A DNA stretch of 64,000 bases from NCBI GenBank assembly GCA_045545875.1, contig JAZQBS010000153.1:6530-70529 (forward strand), written 5' to 3'. Source of the DNA: Bacteroidales bacterium (lineage in GTDB: Bacteria; Bacteroidota; Bacteroidia; Bacteroidales; UBA3663). Made by a program: the position numbers and the translations under genes. The notes below the pieces were generated by a model, which searched no databases, was not told the DNA's origin, and saw only the letters and a list, made by a program, of their open reading frames with translations. Below are positions 36,812 to 45,611 of the stretch, one piece after another (within the stretch, counting starts at the first letter, position 1; every line of letters starts with the position of its first letter).

Positions 36812-37816
36812 CTAGAAATAGACATCGAAATCGAGCAAAATAGGCAGGTGATCGCTATATCCTCCCTCATACTGGTACCCATAATAGCTTCGTGCGGGGC
36901 GATGTCCCAAATGGCTGGTGTCTTCGGCAAGCATAAACGGGAGGTAGAAGACACGGGCATTGGAGACGGAGAAAGAGGGCGAAGATGTTGTGTTGACGAT
37001 AAACTGGTCGAGGAATCCCCATTCGCCCTGATACTTGTGACTACCGTAGGACGAAGGATGAGTCTTCAGGGACTTTTGCAACGGTGCCATCAGATTCACA
37101 TAATCCTTGCCCCACCAAGCCCTGGACTTACGAGCATAGTCGTTCATATCACCCATAATGACGATGGCGGGATGCAGGCGACAGTGACGTATGCTGTCGG
37201 CAAGATGCATCACCGTATGATGTGCAGCATCGCGAGCGGACTGCGACTGCTTGGACCCACCCAGGCGACTTGGCAGATGACAGACGATGACATCGAGGGT
37301 ATCACCATTCACTATACGCCCAGCGGCATGAAGCACATCGCGCGTAGGACGGACACCATCGGGCAACAGGACACGATGGAAGTCGGCATGGAGCAGCTTG
37401 AAATCGGTAGGCTGATAGAGCAAAGCCGTCTGGATGCCTCGAACATCTGGACCGTTGCTGACGATGTAGTTGTAATGCAAATCCCAAAGGGGCGTGGAGT
37501 GTGTCCAATAGTGCATCACACTATCACCCTCTATTTCGGCCAGCCCTACAATCATGGGCGCCTTGCCATCGCCAGCAGCAAGGATGACACGCGACAACTG
37601 CAATAACTTCTGACGCAGACGTGAGCGCGTCCAACGACGGATTCCCTCAGGCGTGAACTCGTCGTCCTGATGGAGTGAATCATCGGAAGGCCAGAAGGCA
37701 TTCTCAACATTCCAGAACATGATGCGCTGTTGCTGCACATTCTGCCTGTCCTGAGCCACGGAAGAGGCAAAGGATGCAAAGAGAAAGAATAACGAGAAAA
37801 AGATTGCAGAACGCAT
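36812..37816 (-). CDS. Endonuclease/exonuclease/phosphatase (EEP) family protein, secreted
   Basis: Signal peptide, ...IMFWNVENAF... and the C-terminal ...SDHLPI... motif. Confidence 0.75.
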   Translation of the reverse strand: MRSAIFFSLFFLFASFASSVAQDRQNVQQQRIMFWNVENAFWPSDDSLHQDDEFTPEGIRRWTRSRLRQKLLQLSRVILAAGDGKAPMIVGLAEIEGDSVMHYWTHSTPLWDLHYNYIVSNGPDVRGIQTALLYQPTDFKLLHADFHRVLLPDGVRPTRDVLHAAGRIVNGDTLDVIVCHLPSRLGGSKQSQSARDAAHHTVMHLADSIRHCRLHPAIVIMGDMNDYARKSRAWWGKDYVNLMAPLQKSLKTHPSSYGSHKYQGEWGFLDQFIVNTTSSPSFSVSNARVFYLPFMLAEDTSHLGHRPARSYYGYQYEGGYSDHLPILLDFDVYF

Positions 37817-37888
37817 GTGGAAAAGAAAAGATGCTAAAAAAACCGGACCATCGGGACGATGATCCGGTGTGCCTTTATCGAAACTCGA

Positions 37889-38431
37889 TTAAGCTTCGGC
37901 AGAGGTTTCAGCGGCAGCAGCCTCAGCAGCAGCGGCAGCCTCAGCAGCAGCGGCAGCAGCCTTAGCAGCAGCCTCAGCCTTCTTGGCAGCCAGAGCCTCA
38001 GCCTTGGCGTTCTTCACTGCAACCTCAGCATTGGCAGCCTCCTTCACCTTCTTGGCAGCTTCGGCAGCAAGGCCAGAGATCTTAGAAGTGATCTTAGCCT
38101 CCTTGGCTTTCATCCAAGCGTCGAACTTAGCCTGAGCCTGCTCGGCGGTGAGGGCACCCTTCTTCACACCTCCGTTGAGGTGCTTCATCATGAGAACACC
38201 CTTGTAGGAGAGAATACGACCAGCGGTGAGAGTGGGCTGTGCACCAGTCTCAACCCAGTAGAGGGCGCGATTGAAATCGAGTTGAATAGTAGCAGGGTTG
38301 GTGTTGGGATTGTAAGTACCGATCTTCTCAATATACTTACCATCACGTGGCGCTCTGCTATCTGCGACTACGATGCTGTATACAGCGTAGTCCTTGTGAC
38401 CATGTCGTGCAAGACGGATCTTTGTAGCCAT
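37889..38431 (-). CDS. rpsP: 30S ribosomal protein S16 with Ala/Lys-rich C-terminal extension
   Basis: N-terminus [42 protein letters not shown]... Confidence 0.95.
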   Translation of the reverse strand: MATKIRLARHGHKDYAVYSIVVADSRAPRDGKYIEKIGTYNPNTNPATIQLDFNRALYWVETGAQPTLTAGRILSYKGVLMMKHLNGGVKKGALTAEQAQAKFDAWMKAKEAKITSKISGLAAEAAKKVKEAANAEVAVKNAKAEALAAKKAEAAAKAAAAAAEAAAAAEAAAAETSAEA

Positions 38432-38515
38432 TTCGCAAATTGATTTAAAGATGTTAATACTTGTGCAATCCTAGGCGGGAGTGGTGACACGTCACGTTCC
38501 TCGGTTTTGCGGACG

Positions 38516-38546
38516 CAAAGATAAACATTTTATTCTAACAAACAAA
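38516..38546 (-). promoter_or_regulatory. rpsP promoter (TTTG-N19-TATCTTTG on minus strand)
   Basis: CAAAGATA at 38516-38523 and CAAA at 38543-38546 on the plus strand. Confidence 0.55.
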
Positions 38547-38685
38547 ATATTTGTGCTGAAAAATTCGCGATTCGTCGAAATTTACGTTCCCTACCAATAA
38601 ACTTTTCAGATTTTGCAAGGTCAAAAAGGCAAAGTTGGTAATTATCAATAAATAAAATCTATTAACAAAACAAACAAACTACAAA

Positions 38686-39186
38686 ATGAAAAAGATTCTT
38701 TTGGCAGCCATTTGCTGCATGACAATGGTGACAAGCAGTGTATTGGCACAAGACCAGCCCCAGAGACGAGGCATGCGTGACGGCTTCCGTCAGCAGATGT
38801 TCCAGTTGGCCGACACAGCCATCACCAACCAGCTCAACCTCACCACAGCCCAGCAAGTCGAGATAGCCAAACTCAATGAGAGTTACCTCGAACAGATGAA
38901 GGCAGACGGTGAAAAGGGAAAGAAAGTCGACAAGGAAACACGTGAGGCACGACGCGCACAGATGGAAGCAAAGCGCGCTGAAGGTCGCAAGCAACTACGC
39001 GCCATCCTTGGCACCGAGCTCTACATCGAATATCTTGAGAAGGCCCTTGATCGCCGCCCGATGATGGGTGGCCAGCGTGGACCTCGCCCCGACGGACAGA
39101 ATATGCAGCGTGGACGTGGTCAGCGCCCCAACGAATTTGGCGGCCGAGCCTTCAGAGGTGACGGCTTCGACGAAGGTGGATTCTAG
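38686..39186 (+). CDS. Small periplasmic protein, Spy/CpxP-like (LTxxQ-type motif), Gly/Arg-rich tail
   Basis: Signal peptide, ...LNLTTAQQVEIAKLNE..., and highly charged helices. Confidence 0.55.
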   Translation: MKKILLAAICCMTMVTSSVLAQDQPQRRGMRDGFRQQMFQLADTAITNQLNLTTAQQVEIAKLNESYLEQMKADGEKGKKVDKETREARRAQMEAKRAEGRKQLRAILGTELYIEYLEKALDRRPMMGGQRGPRPDGQNMQRGRGQRPNEFGGRAFRGDGFDEGGF

Positions 39187-39258
39187 CAACTCCATCTATA
39201 ACGCAAGATTGTCGCGAAATGGAATAAGCGGGATACAAGATTCCCTTTCTATAATCGA

Positions 39259-39712
39259 GGCATAGCCATTTTGCGCCAAGGTTGGGTATTCTACTATAGA
39301 AGCATACCCTTTCTTGGCCAAAATTGGTTATGCCTCTTTCGAATAAAGCACTCTGACGGCCGACAGAGTGCTTTATCCAGTCGAAGTATACCCTTTCTTA
39401 GCCGAAATTGGTTATGCTACTATCTGCGAAAGCACTCTGACAGCCGCCAGAGTGCTTTATCCAACCGAGGTATACCCTTTCTTGGCCGAAATTGGTTATG
39501 CTACTATCGCCGCATACCCTTTCTTGGCCAACTTTGGTTATGCTCCAATCGGCGAAAGCACTCTCACGGCCGACAGGATACTTGCTTCCATCGGAGAATG
39601 ACCATTCTTAGCCAAAAAAGGTTATGCCTCATTCGAAAAAAGCACTCTGACGGCCGACAGAGTGCTTTATTCGTTCGCGGCATAACCAATCTTGGCGCAG
39701 ATTGGTTATACG
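39259..39712. repeat. Mosaic tandem array with 84-bp period of two alternating hairpin modules (A: GCATACCCTTTCTTGGCCRAAATTGGTTATGC; B: AAAGCACTCTG-ACGGCCGA-CAGAGTGCTTT)
   Basis: A copies at 39302, 39386, 39470, 39512 and about 39598. B copies at 39345, 39429, 39555 (degenerate) and 39639. A terminal perfect palindrome lies at 39682-39709. Confidence 0.9.
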
Positions 39713-39722
39713 CAAGTTGAGA

Positions 39723-41981
39723 TTAAAGATTCTTCTTGAAGTAAGAGCAGACCTTCTTGTAGATATGGACATTGCTATTGCCACCCTGGATGAAGTGATT
39801 GCGGTTGGTATAGACCATCATATCGAAATCGAGGTCGTTCTGCACAAAGGCCTCAGCCACTTCGTAGGTGTTCTGCGGATGCACGTTGTCGTCGGCAGTA
39901 CCTGTGACGATGAGGAGCTGGCCCTTGAGGTTCTTGGCACGGCTCAAGACAGAACTTTTTCTGTAACCCTCGGCATTCTGCTGCGGTGTGCGCATGAAGC
40001 GTTCGGTGTAGATGGTGTCGTAGAACTTGAAGTCGGTGACAGGGGCCACAGCCACACCAGCCTTGAATACATCGTTACCGCCACACATCGTCATCAGCGT
40101 GTTGTATCCGCCGAAACTCCAACCCCAGATACCGATACGATCGGCATCGACATAGGGCAGCGAGGCTGCATAGCGACCAGCCGACAACTGGTCCTCGGCC
40201 TCACGAACACCCAATTCGCAATAAATCTGTCGCTCCCACTGGGCACCACGGCATGCTGTGCCACGACCATCGACCGTCAAGGCTACGAAGCCCTCCTGTG
40301 CAAGATACATGGGGAAACCGAATTCCCAACGGTCGAGCACCTCCTGGGAGCCAGGACCTCCATACTGCTCGAGCACGCAAGGAGCCTTACCGCTGACGTT
40401 GTTGGGACGGATAACGTAACCATTGAGCTTGTCACCACGTTCGGTGGTCATCTGGAAGAACTCACGCTTGGGTTGACCCGCCACCTCCTGACGTAGCGCA
40501 GCATTGTCCTCGAGGGTCTTGATGACCTTGAGGCCCTGTACGCTTTCGAGGGTGACGCGTGTGGGCGTCTCGGCATCGCTGTAATAGTGCTGCATGTAGA
40601 TGAAACCACGGCTGAAAGCAGCGCTATGCGTACCACGGCAGCCAGCGCCATCGCGTCCTCCATTGAAGAGAGGTATCATTGCCCCCTTGGCATCAATCTT
40701 ATAGATACCACGAGTCAGTTCGGAAGGAACGGCCGAATTCTTACCGACGTAAGCCACCTGGACGTAGGCACAACGCGAAACAGGATCGTAGCCATAGACA
40801 TTGGTCAAATCGAAGTTACCCTTGGTGAGTTGGCGTTGCTGCTGACCCAACATATTATAATAATATAGGTGTCGCCAGCCCGAACGCTCACTTGCGAAGG
40901 TAAAGCCATTCTCGTCGAACTGGATGGCGTCGAGATTTGCCTCGGCTATATACTGGTCGTTGGTATCCTCGAGAATCAGTTTGGCCACGCCACTGCGAGG
41001 ATTGACGAAGTAGAGCGACAACTTGTTCTGCAGACGATTCATCGTCAGCACAGCGAGCTTATCCTCGGCCTTGGTGAACTGGATGCGCGGGATATAGCCA
41101 TCGGCATCGACGGGAACCTTGAGCTGATTGAGTTTCTTGGTATAAACATCGTACGACCAGGCAGAGATCTTTGAATTCACTTCGCCAGCCACAGGATATT
41201 TATAGACATATTGCCCAGGATAGAGCTCATATTCGGGATATTCGGGGAACTGTCCCTTATAGGTGGGCAACCAATATTCCTTCACGTCGCTCTCGTCCCA
41301 CTTGAGGAAGCAGAAGGTCTTGGAGTCGGGGCTCCATGCTATGGCACGGTCCATCGAGAACTCCTCCTCATAGACCCAGTCGGGCACACCGTTGATGATC
41401 TTATTGCGGGCGCCATCGTCGGTCACCTGACGCTCCGCAAGGTCGATACCTGCCGACATCACACGCACATAGAAAAGATTGTTGTCGCGCATAAAGACAA
41501 GCTGACGACCATCGGGAGCCATGGTCACGGCCTGCACCTTGCCTTCGGTGAGACGCTTGAAGGCCTGACGACGCACGCCACCGGCTTCGATGACATAGTA
41601 GAAATAGTCGGCCTTGTAACTACGACGATAGATCGACTCGCGGTTGCTCCACACGAGGAGACGTTCCTCGTCCTGCGAGAGTTCATAACCCGAAAGCCTG
41701 AGCTGGCTAACATCGAGACCCTCTTCGGGCTTCACCTTGTTGAGGTTGAGCAACGTATCCACTGCGTGACCATTGCTGTATTGATACTTGACGATGGCAC
41801 GACCATCGGTGGTGATGGCCGTATAATGCTTGCCATCGGCTGTGCTTCGGAAAGCAGGCACACTCTTGCCGCGATAATGACCACCACGGACAGCTTCCAC
41901 CGTGATAGGTTCGGCAGCATCGAGTGCGACCGAAATGGTCATGACTGCCAGGCAGATGAGTAAAGAAAAATGCTTATTCAT
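39723..41981 (-). CDS. Dipeptidyl-peptidase IV (S9B family serine peptidase)
   Basis: Signal peptide from the ATG at 41981, DPP-IV N-terminal propeller, and the GWSFGGY nucleophile motif. Confidence 0.9.
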   Translation of the reverse strand: MNKHFSLLICLAVMTISVALDAAEPITVEAVRGGHYRGKSVPAFRSTADGKHYTAITTDGRAIVKYQYSNGHAVDTLLNLNKVKPEEGLDVSQLRLSGYELSQDEERLLVWSNRESIYRRSYKADYFYYVIEAGGVRRQAFKRLTEGKVQAVTMAPDGRQLVFMRDNNLFYVRVMSAGIDLAERQVTDDGARNKIINGVPDWVYEEEFSMDRAIAWSPDSKTFCFLKWDESDVKEYWLPTYKGQFPEYPEYELYPGQYVYKYPVAGEVNSKISAWSYDVYTKKLNQLKVPVDADGYIPRIQFTKAEDKLAVLTMNRLQNKLSLYFVNPRSGVAKLILEDTNDQYIAEANLDAIQFDENGFTFASERSGWRHLYYYNMLGQQQRQLTKGNFDLTNVYGYDPVSRCAYVQVAYVGKNSAVPSELTRGIYKIDAKGAMIPLFNGGRDGAGCRGTHSAAFSRGFIYMQHYYSDAETPTRVTLESVQGLKVIKTLEDNAALRQEVAGQPKREFFQMTTERGDKLNGYVIRPNNVSGKAPCVLEQYGGPGSQEVLDRWEFGFPMYLAQEGFVALTVDGRGTACRGAQWERQIYCELGVREAEDQLSAGRYAASLPYVDADRIGIWGWSFGGYNTLMTMCGGNDVFKAGVAVAPVTDFKFYDTIYTERFMRTPQQNAEGYRKSSVLSRAKNLKGQLLIVTGTADDNVHPQNTYEVAEAFVQNDLDFDMMVYTNRNHFIQGGNSNVHIYKKVCSYFKKNL

Positions 41982-41982
41982 A

Positions 41983-43200
41983 TTAATCCATTCGATTTTT
42001 ATAATCCTCGTAAGCGTATTCACGCAAAATATCTATTGAACCATCCTCACGGAAGAAAGCGATGGCAGGATGGGCAACGCCATTGAACGTATGCGTCTTG
42101 ACCGTTGTATAGTGAATCATATCCTCGAAGAGAATATATTCACCCACCTGCAACTGGTGGTCGAAACGCCAGGAACCCAGGAAATCGCCGCTCAGGCAAC
42201 TGTTGCCACCCAAACGATAGATGTATCCACGTCCATCGGCATCGTCAACCACACCATGAGCGGCTGCTGCATCGTCAGCAGCAGACAAAGGCAGGGATTG
42301 AGCACCACGCACAGCCGGCTGATAGGGCATCTCGAGGCAGTCGGGCATATGGCAGGCGAAAGAGACGTTGAGAATGGCCGTACGCATGCCATGATTCTCG
42401 ACAACATCGACCACCTGGCTCAGCAATGGACCGGTTTGCCAAGCAAAGGCACTACCAGGTTCGAGGATAACCTTGAGCCAAGGATAGCGCTGACGCAAGG
42501 CACGGAGCAGACCGATGAGATGACGAGTATCGTAATCACGGCGCGTCATCAGATGCCCTCCACCAAGATTGAGCCATTTGATCTGCGTGAACCACTTGGA
42601 GAACTTGTCTTCAAGATGTGCCAAGGTTCTTTCCAACGTATAGGAATCATCCTCGCAATGGCAATGGCAATGGAAGCCCTCTATGCCTTCGGGAAGTTTG
42701 GCAGGGAGGTCGTCGGCCAAGACACCGAACCTTGACCCAGGGGCACAAGGATTATAGATTGCAGTCTCAATCTCGCTGTATTCCGGATTGACCCTTATAC
42801 CACACGAAGCCTTTCCTTTGGCCATCGGGTAGAAACGTTCAAATTGGCAAAGGGAATTGAAGGTGATGTGGCCTGAGCAACGGAGTATCTCGGGGAAGTT
42901 CTCATCCGTATAGGCGGGGCTGTAAGTGTGAGCAGGCGATCCGAACTCCTCGAAGGCAAGACGTGCCTCCCACACGGACGAGGCCGTGGTATGACGGATA
43001 TATTCGCGGAAGATGGGGAACGTCTTCCAAAGCGCATAGGCCTTGAAGGCAAGGATAATCTCCACTCCCGCTTCGGTAGCGACATCCCGTATCAGCGAAA
43101 GGTTGCGACGCAGCAACTTCTCTTCAAGGATATAGCAAGGCGAAGGAAAGCGACAATAGTCTGTCTCCTGAATATATGATTCGATGGAATTATACATCAT
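41983..43200 (-). CDS. nspC: Carboxynorspermidine/carboxyspermidine decarboxylase
   Basis: Orn/DAP/Arg decarboxylase fold with the NspC-type N-terminus (...PSPCYILEEKLLRRNL...), ...GGGH..., ...GNSCLSGD... Confidence 0.8.
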   Translation of the reverse strand: MMYNSIESYIQETDYCRFPSPCYILEEKLLRRNLSLIRDVATEAGVEIILAFKAYALWKTFPIFREYIRHTTASSVWEARLAFEEFGSPAHTYSPAYTDENFPEILRCSGHITFNSLCQFERFYPMAKGKASCGIRVNPEYSEIETAIYNPCAPGSRFGVLADDLPAKLPEGIEGFHCHCHCEDDSYTLERTLAHLEDKFSKWFTQIKWLNLGGGHLMTRRDYDTRHLIGLLRALRQRYPWLKVILEPGSAFAWQTGPLLSQVVDVVENHGMRTAILNVSFACHMPDCLEMPYQPAVRGAQSLPLSAADDAAAAHGVVDDADGRGYIYRLGGNSCLSGDFLGSWRFDHQLQVGEYILFEDMIHYTTVKTHTFNGVAHPAIAFFREDGSIDILREYAYEDYKNRMD

Positions 43201-43395
43201 CTTGGGTCATATAGATTGTATTTCGGCCGCAAAGTTAAGAATTTATTCCCACATTTTAAAATATTTGTCCAAATATTTCGCCATCTTGCAAAAAAAACCT
43301 ATCTTTGCACCCGCAAAATTCTTTGATATTTGCATCTCCCTGCTAAAGGTTGCAGGGTTTATGTTGAACGGTTAATTGTAAAATTGTAAAATCAG

Positions 43396-45294
43396 ATGAA
43401 GAAATGGCATATTGAGGACTCTGCGGAGCTCTACAATATTCATGGATGGGGTGTCAGTTATTTTGACATCAACGAGAAGGGCCATGTAGTGGTTACCCCC
43501 AAGAAGGATGGTGTGCAGGTTGACCTGCGCGAAGTGATGGACGAACTGGCGCTGCGTGACATCCAGGCTCCCGTACTATTGCGTTTCCCCGACATTCTCG
43601 ACAATCGTATCGAGCGCATGTCGCAATGTTTCCAGAAAGCAGCCGAAGAATACGGCTACAAAGGAGAGTGTTACACTGTCTATCCCATCAAGGTGAATCA
43701 GATGCAGCCTGTCGTCACCGAAATGGTGAGCCACGGCAAGAAGTTCAACCTGGGATTGGAAGCTGGTTCGAAACCAGAACTGCATGCCGTCATTGCCGCC
43801 TGCACTGACTACGACTCCATCATCATCTGTAACGGGTACAAGGACGAATCGTTTGTCGAACTTGCCCTGCTCGCCCAAAAGATGGGCAAACGAATCTATA
43901 TTGTTGCCGAGAAGCTCAACGAACTAGAAATCATCGACCACATTGCCAAGCGCCTGAATGTGCGTCCCAACATCGGAATCCGCATCAAACTGGCCTCATC
44001 GGGCTCGGGCAAATGGGAGGAATCGGGCGGTGACGCCTCGAAATTCGGTCTCACCAGTTCCGAACTGCTCGAAGCCGTGGAATACCTTGAGTCGCATGAC
44101 CTAAAAGACTGCCTTAAGCTCATTCACTTCCACATCGGTTCACAAGTCACCAATATCCGCTACGTCAAAACTGCCATACGCGAAGCTTCACAATTCTACG
44201 TACAGCTCCGCAAGATGGGCTATGGCGTAGAGTTTGTAGATGCCGGTGGCGGCCTGGGTGTGGACTACGACGGCACACGTAGCGCCTCGAACTGTTCATC
44301 GGTCAACTATTCCATCCAAGAGTACATCAACGACATCATGTACCAAATCATGGATGCTGCCGACAAGAACGAACTACCCCACCCCAACATCATCACCGAG
44401 TCGGGACGTTCACTTTCGGCCCACCACTCACTACTTGTCATGGAGGTGCTCGAGACCGCTACGCTTCCCGAGATGCCTGAGGAATGGGAAGTCGGTCCTG
44501 ACGATCACGACCTGGTGAAGGAGCTCTATGAGATATGGGATACCCTGACACAGCGTTCTGCCCTCGAGTCATGGCACGATGCACAGCAGATACGTGACGA
44601 AGTGCTCCAACTCTTCAGCCACGGCATCATCGACCTAAAGACACGTGCTCAGATAGAGAAACTGTTCTGGAGCGTCACCCGAGAAATCAACAATCTCATC
44701 TCGAGCATGAAGCGTGTTCCAGAGGAATTGCATAACATTCCGAAGCTTCTTGCCGACAAGTACTATTGCAACTTCTCGCTTTTCCAATCGCTGCCCGACA
44801 TGTGGTCGATTGACCAGATCTTCCCCATCATGCCTCTCCAGCGCCTCAACGAACGGCCTGACCGCAAAGCGACACTGCAAGATATGACCTGCGACTCGGA
44901 TGGAAAGGTGCAAAGCTACATTGCCGAAAACCAGATTGTCAATGCCATGCCGATCCATTCGCTCAAGAAGAACGAGAAGTATTACCTCGGCGTTTTCCTG
45001 GTGGGTGCATACCAGGAAATCCTGGGAGACCTCCACAACCTCTTCGGCGACACCAATGCCGTGCATATCACGGTCAACAAGAATGGCTACGAGATTGACC
45101 AGACTATCGATGGCGAGACCGTTCAAGACGTGCTGAGATGGGTGGAATATGACACCAAGAAAATGGTTCGCACCCTTGAAACATGGGTAACTAAATCGGT
45201 CAAGACGGGACGCATCTCGCTCGAAGAAGGAAAGGAGTTCCTCAACAACTACCGCAACGGACTCTACGGATACACCTATCTCGAAAGGGATTGA
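43396..45294 (+). CDS. speA: Biosynthetic arginine decarboxylase
   Basis: 632 aa with N-terminus ...YNIHGWGVSYFDINEKGHVVV... and ...YPIKVNQ... Confidence 0.9.
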   Translation: MKKWHIEDSAELYNIHGWGVSYFDINEKGHVVVTPKKDGVQVDLREVMDELALRDIQAPVLLRFPDILDNRIERMSQCFQKAAEEYGYKGECYTVYPIKVNQMQPVVTEMVSHGKKFNLGLEAGSKPELHAVIAACTDYDSIIICNGYKDESFVELALLAQKMGKRIYIVAEKLNELEIIDHIAKRLNVRPNIGIRIKLASSGSGKWEESGGDASKFGLTSSELLEAVEYLESHDLKDCLKLIHFHIGSQVTNIRYVKTAIREASQFYVQLRKMGYGVEFVDAGGGLGVDYDGTRSASNCSSVNYSIQEYINDIMYQIMDAADKNELPHPNIITESGRSLSAHHSLLVMEVLETATLPEMPEEWEVGPDDHDLVKELYEIWDTLTQRSALESWHDAQQIRDEVLQLFSHGIIDLKTRAQIEKLFWSVTREINNLISSMKRVPEELHNIPKLLADKYYCNFSLFQSLPDMWSIDQIFPIMPLQRLNERPDRKATLQDMTCDSDGKVQSYIAENQIVNAMPIHSLKKNEKYYLGVFLVGAYQEILGDLHNLFGDTNAVHITVNKNGYEIDQTIDGETVQDVLRWVEYDTKKMVRTLETWVTKSVKTGRISLEEGKEFLNNYRNGLYGYTYLERD

Positions 45295-45313
45295 ACTGGC
45301 AATAACAACCTAT

Positions 45314-45450
45314 AAAAAATTTGAAAGGCAACCGTCATCACGACGACTGCCTTTCCTTTTGCCTTAATAATTAATTACACATACAATTTGCTATTCACTA
45401 ATTAAGAGTAATAACCTTTATAAAGATTTATAAAGAATTGCTTCGAAATC
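45314..45450 (-). ncRNA. Candidate AT-rich small RNA (about 135 nt) from the orphan promoter to the 45323-45355 hairpin
   Basis: Promoter plus terminator geometry only. It contains a tandem TTTATAAAGA x2 (45416-45435). Ends are approximate. Confidence 0.3.
45323..45355. terminator. Bidirectional terminator hairpin GAAAGGCA-N17-TGCCTTTC
   Basis: T-rich on the plus side (speA) and AAATTTTTT on the minus side. Confidence 0.65.
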
Positions 45451-45456
45451 TCGCTG

Positions 45457-45488
45457 CAAAGATAGGGGAATTTTCAAAAGTTACCAAA
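45457..45488 (-). promoter_or_regulatory. Orphan consensus promoter TTTG-N20-TATCTTTG (minus strand)
   Basis: CAAAGATA at 45457-45464 and CAAA at 45485-45488 on the plus strand. No minus-strand CDS lies downstream before speA. Confidence 0.5.
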
Positions 45489-45611
45489 CGATTTTGTAAC
45501 AACAATCTTTTGTAATGTTCCATCACCCCAAAAAAACCATTTTTTGGGCATTTTCCCCTGAAAAATCCTCTATTTTGAACAAAATTAGACCTAAAAAAGC
45601 ATGTTGACAAA

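Noticed and set aside
37889-38110. Ala/Lys/Glu-rich repetitive C-terminal tail of ribosomal protein S16, and the Ser/Leu-rich antisense ORF 37859-38443
   Set aside because: Long charged, alanine-rich S16 extensions are a known lineage feature of Bacteroidota. The antisense ORF is a mirror artefact of the GCN-rich repeat.
39259-39712. Possible CRISPR array (about 30-bp repeats at regular spacing)
   Set aside because: The would-be spacers are themselves a conserved second repeat (module B). One interval is 42 bp with no spacer content, the repeats degenerate at both ends, and no cas genes or leader are present. It is a mosaic tandem repeat, not CRISPR.
39271-39720. 149-aa ORF with repeated IPFLG(Q/R)NWLC peptide
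   Set aside because: The ORF is produced by translating the 84-bp tandem array. It has a TTG-type start, no ribosome-binding or promoter context, and reads through hairpins. It is treated as non-coding.
42230-42300. Ala/Asp-rich segment of NspC (...LSAADDAAAAHGVVDDADGRG...) containing a GCTGCTG-N6-CAGCAGC hairpin, considered as another in-frame repeat insertion
   Set aside because: No matching intergenic element or periodic unit was found in the window, so it may simply be a lineage-specific loop. It is left unreported as a finding.
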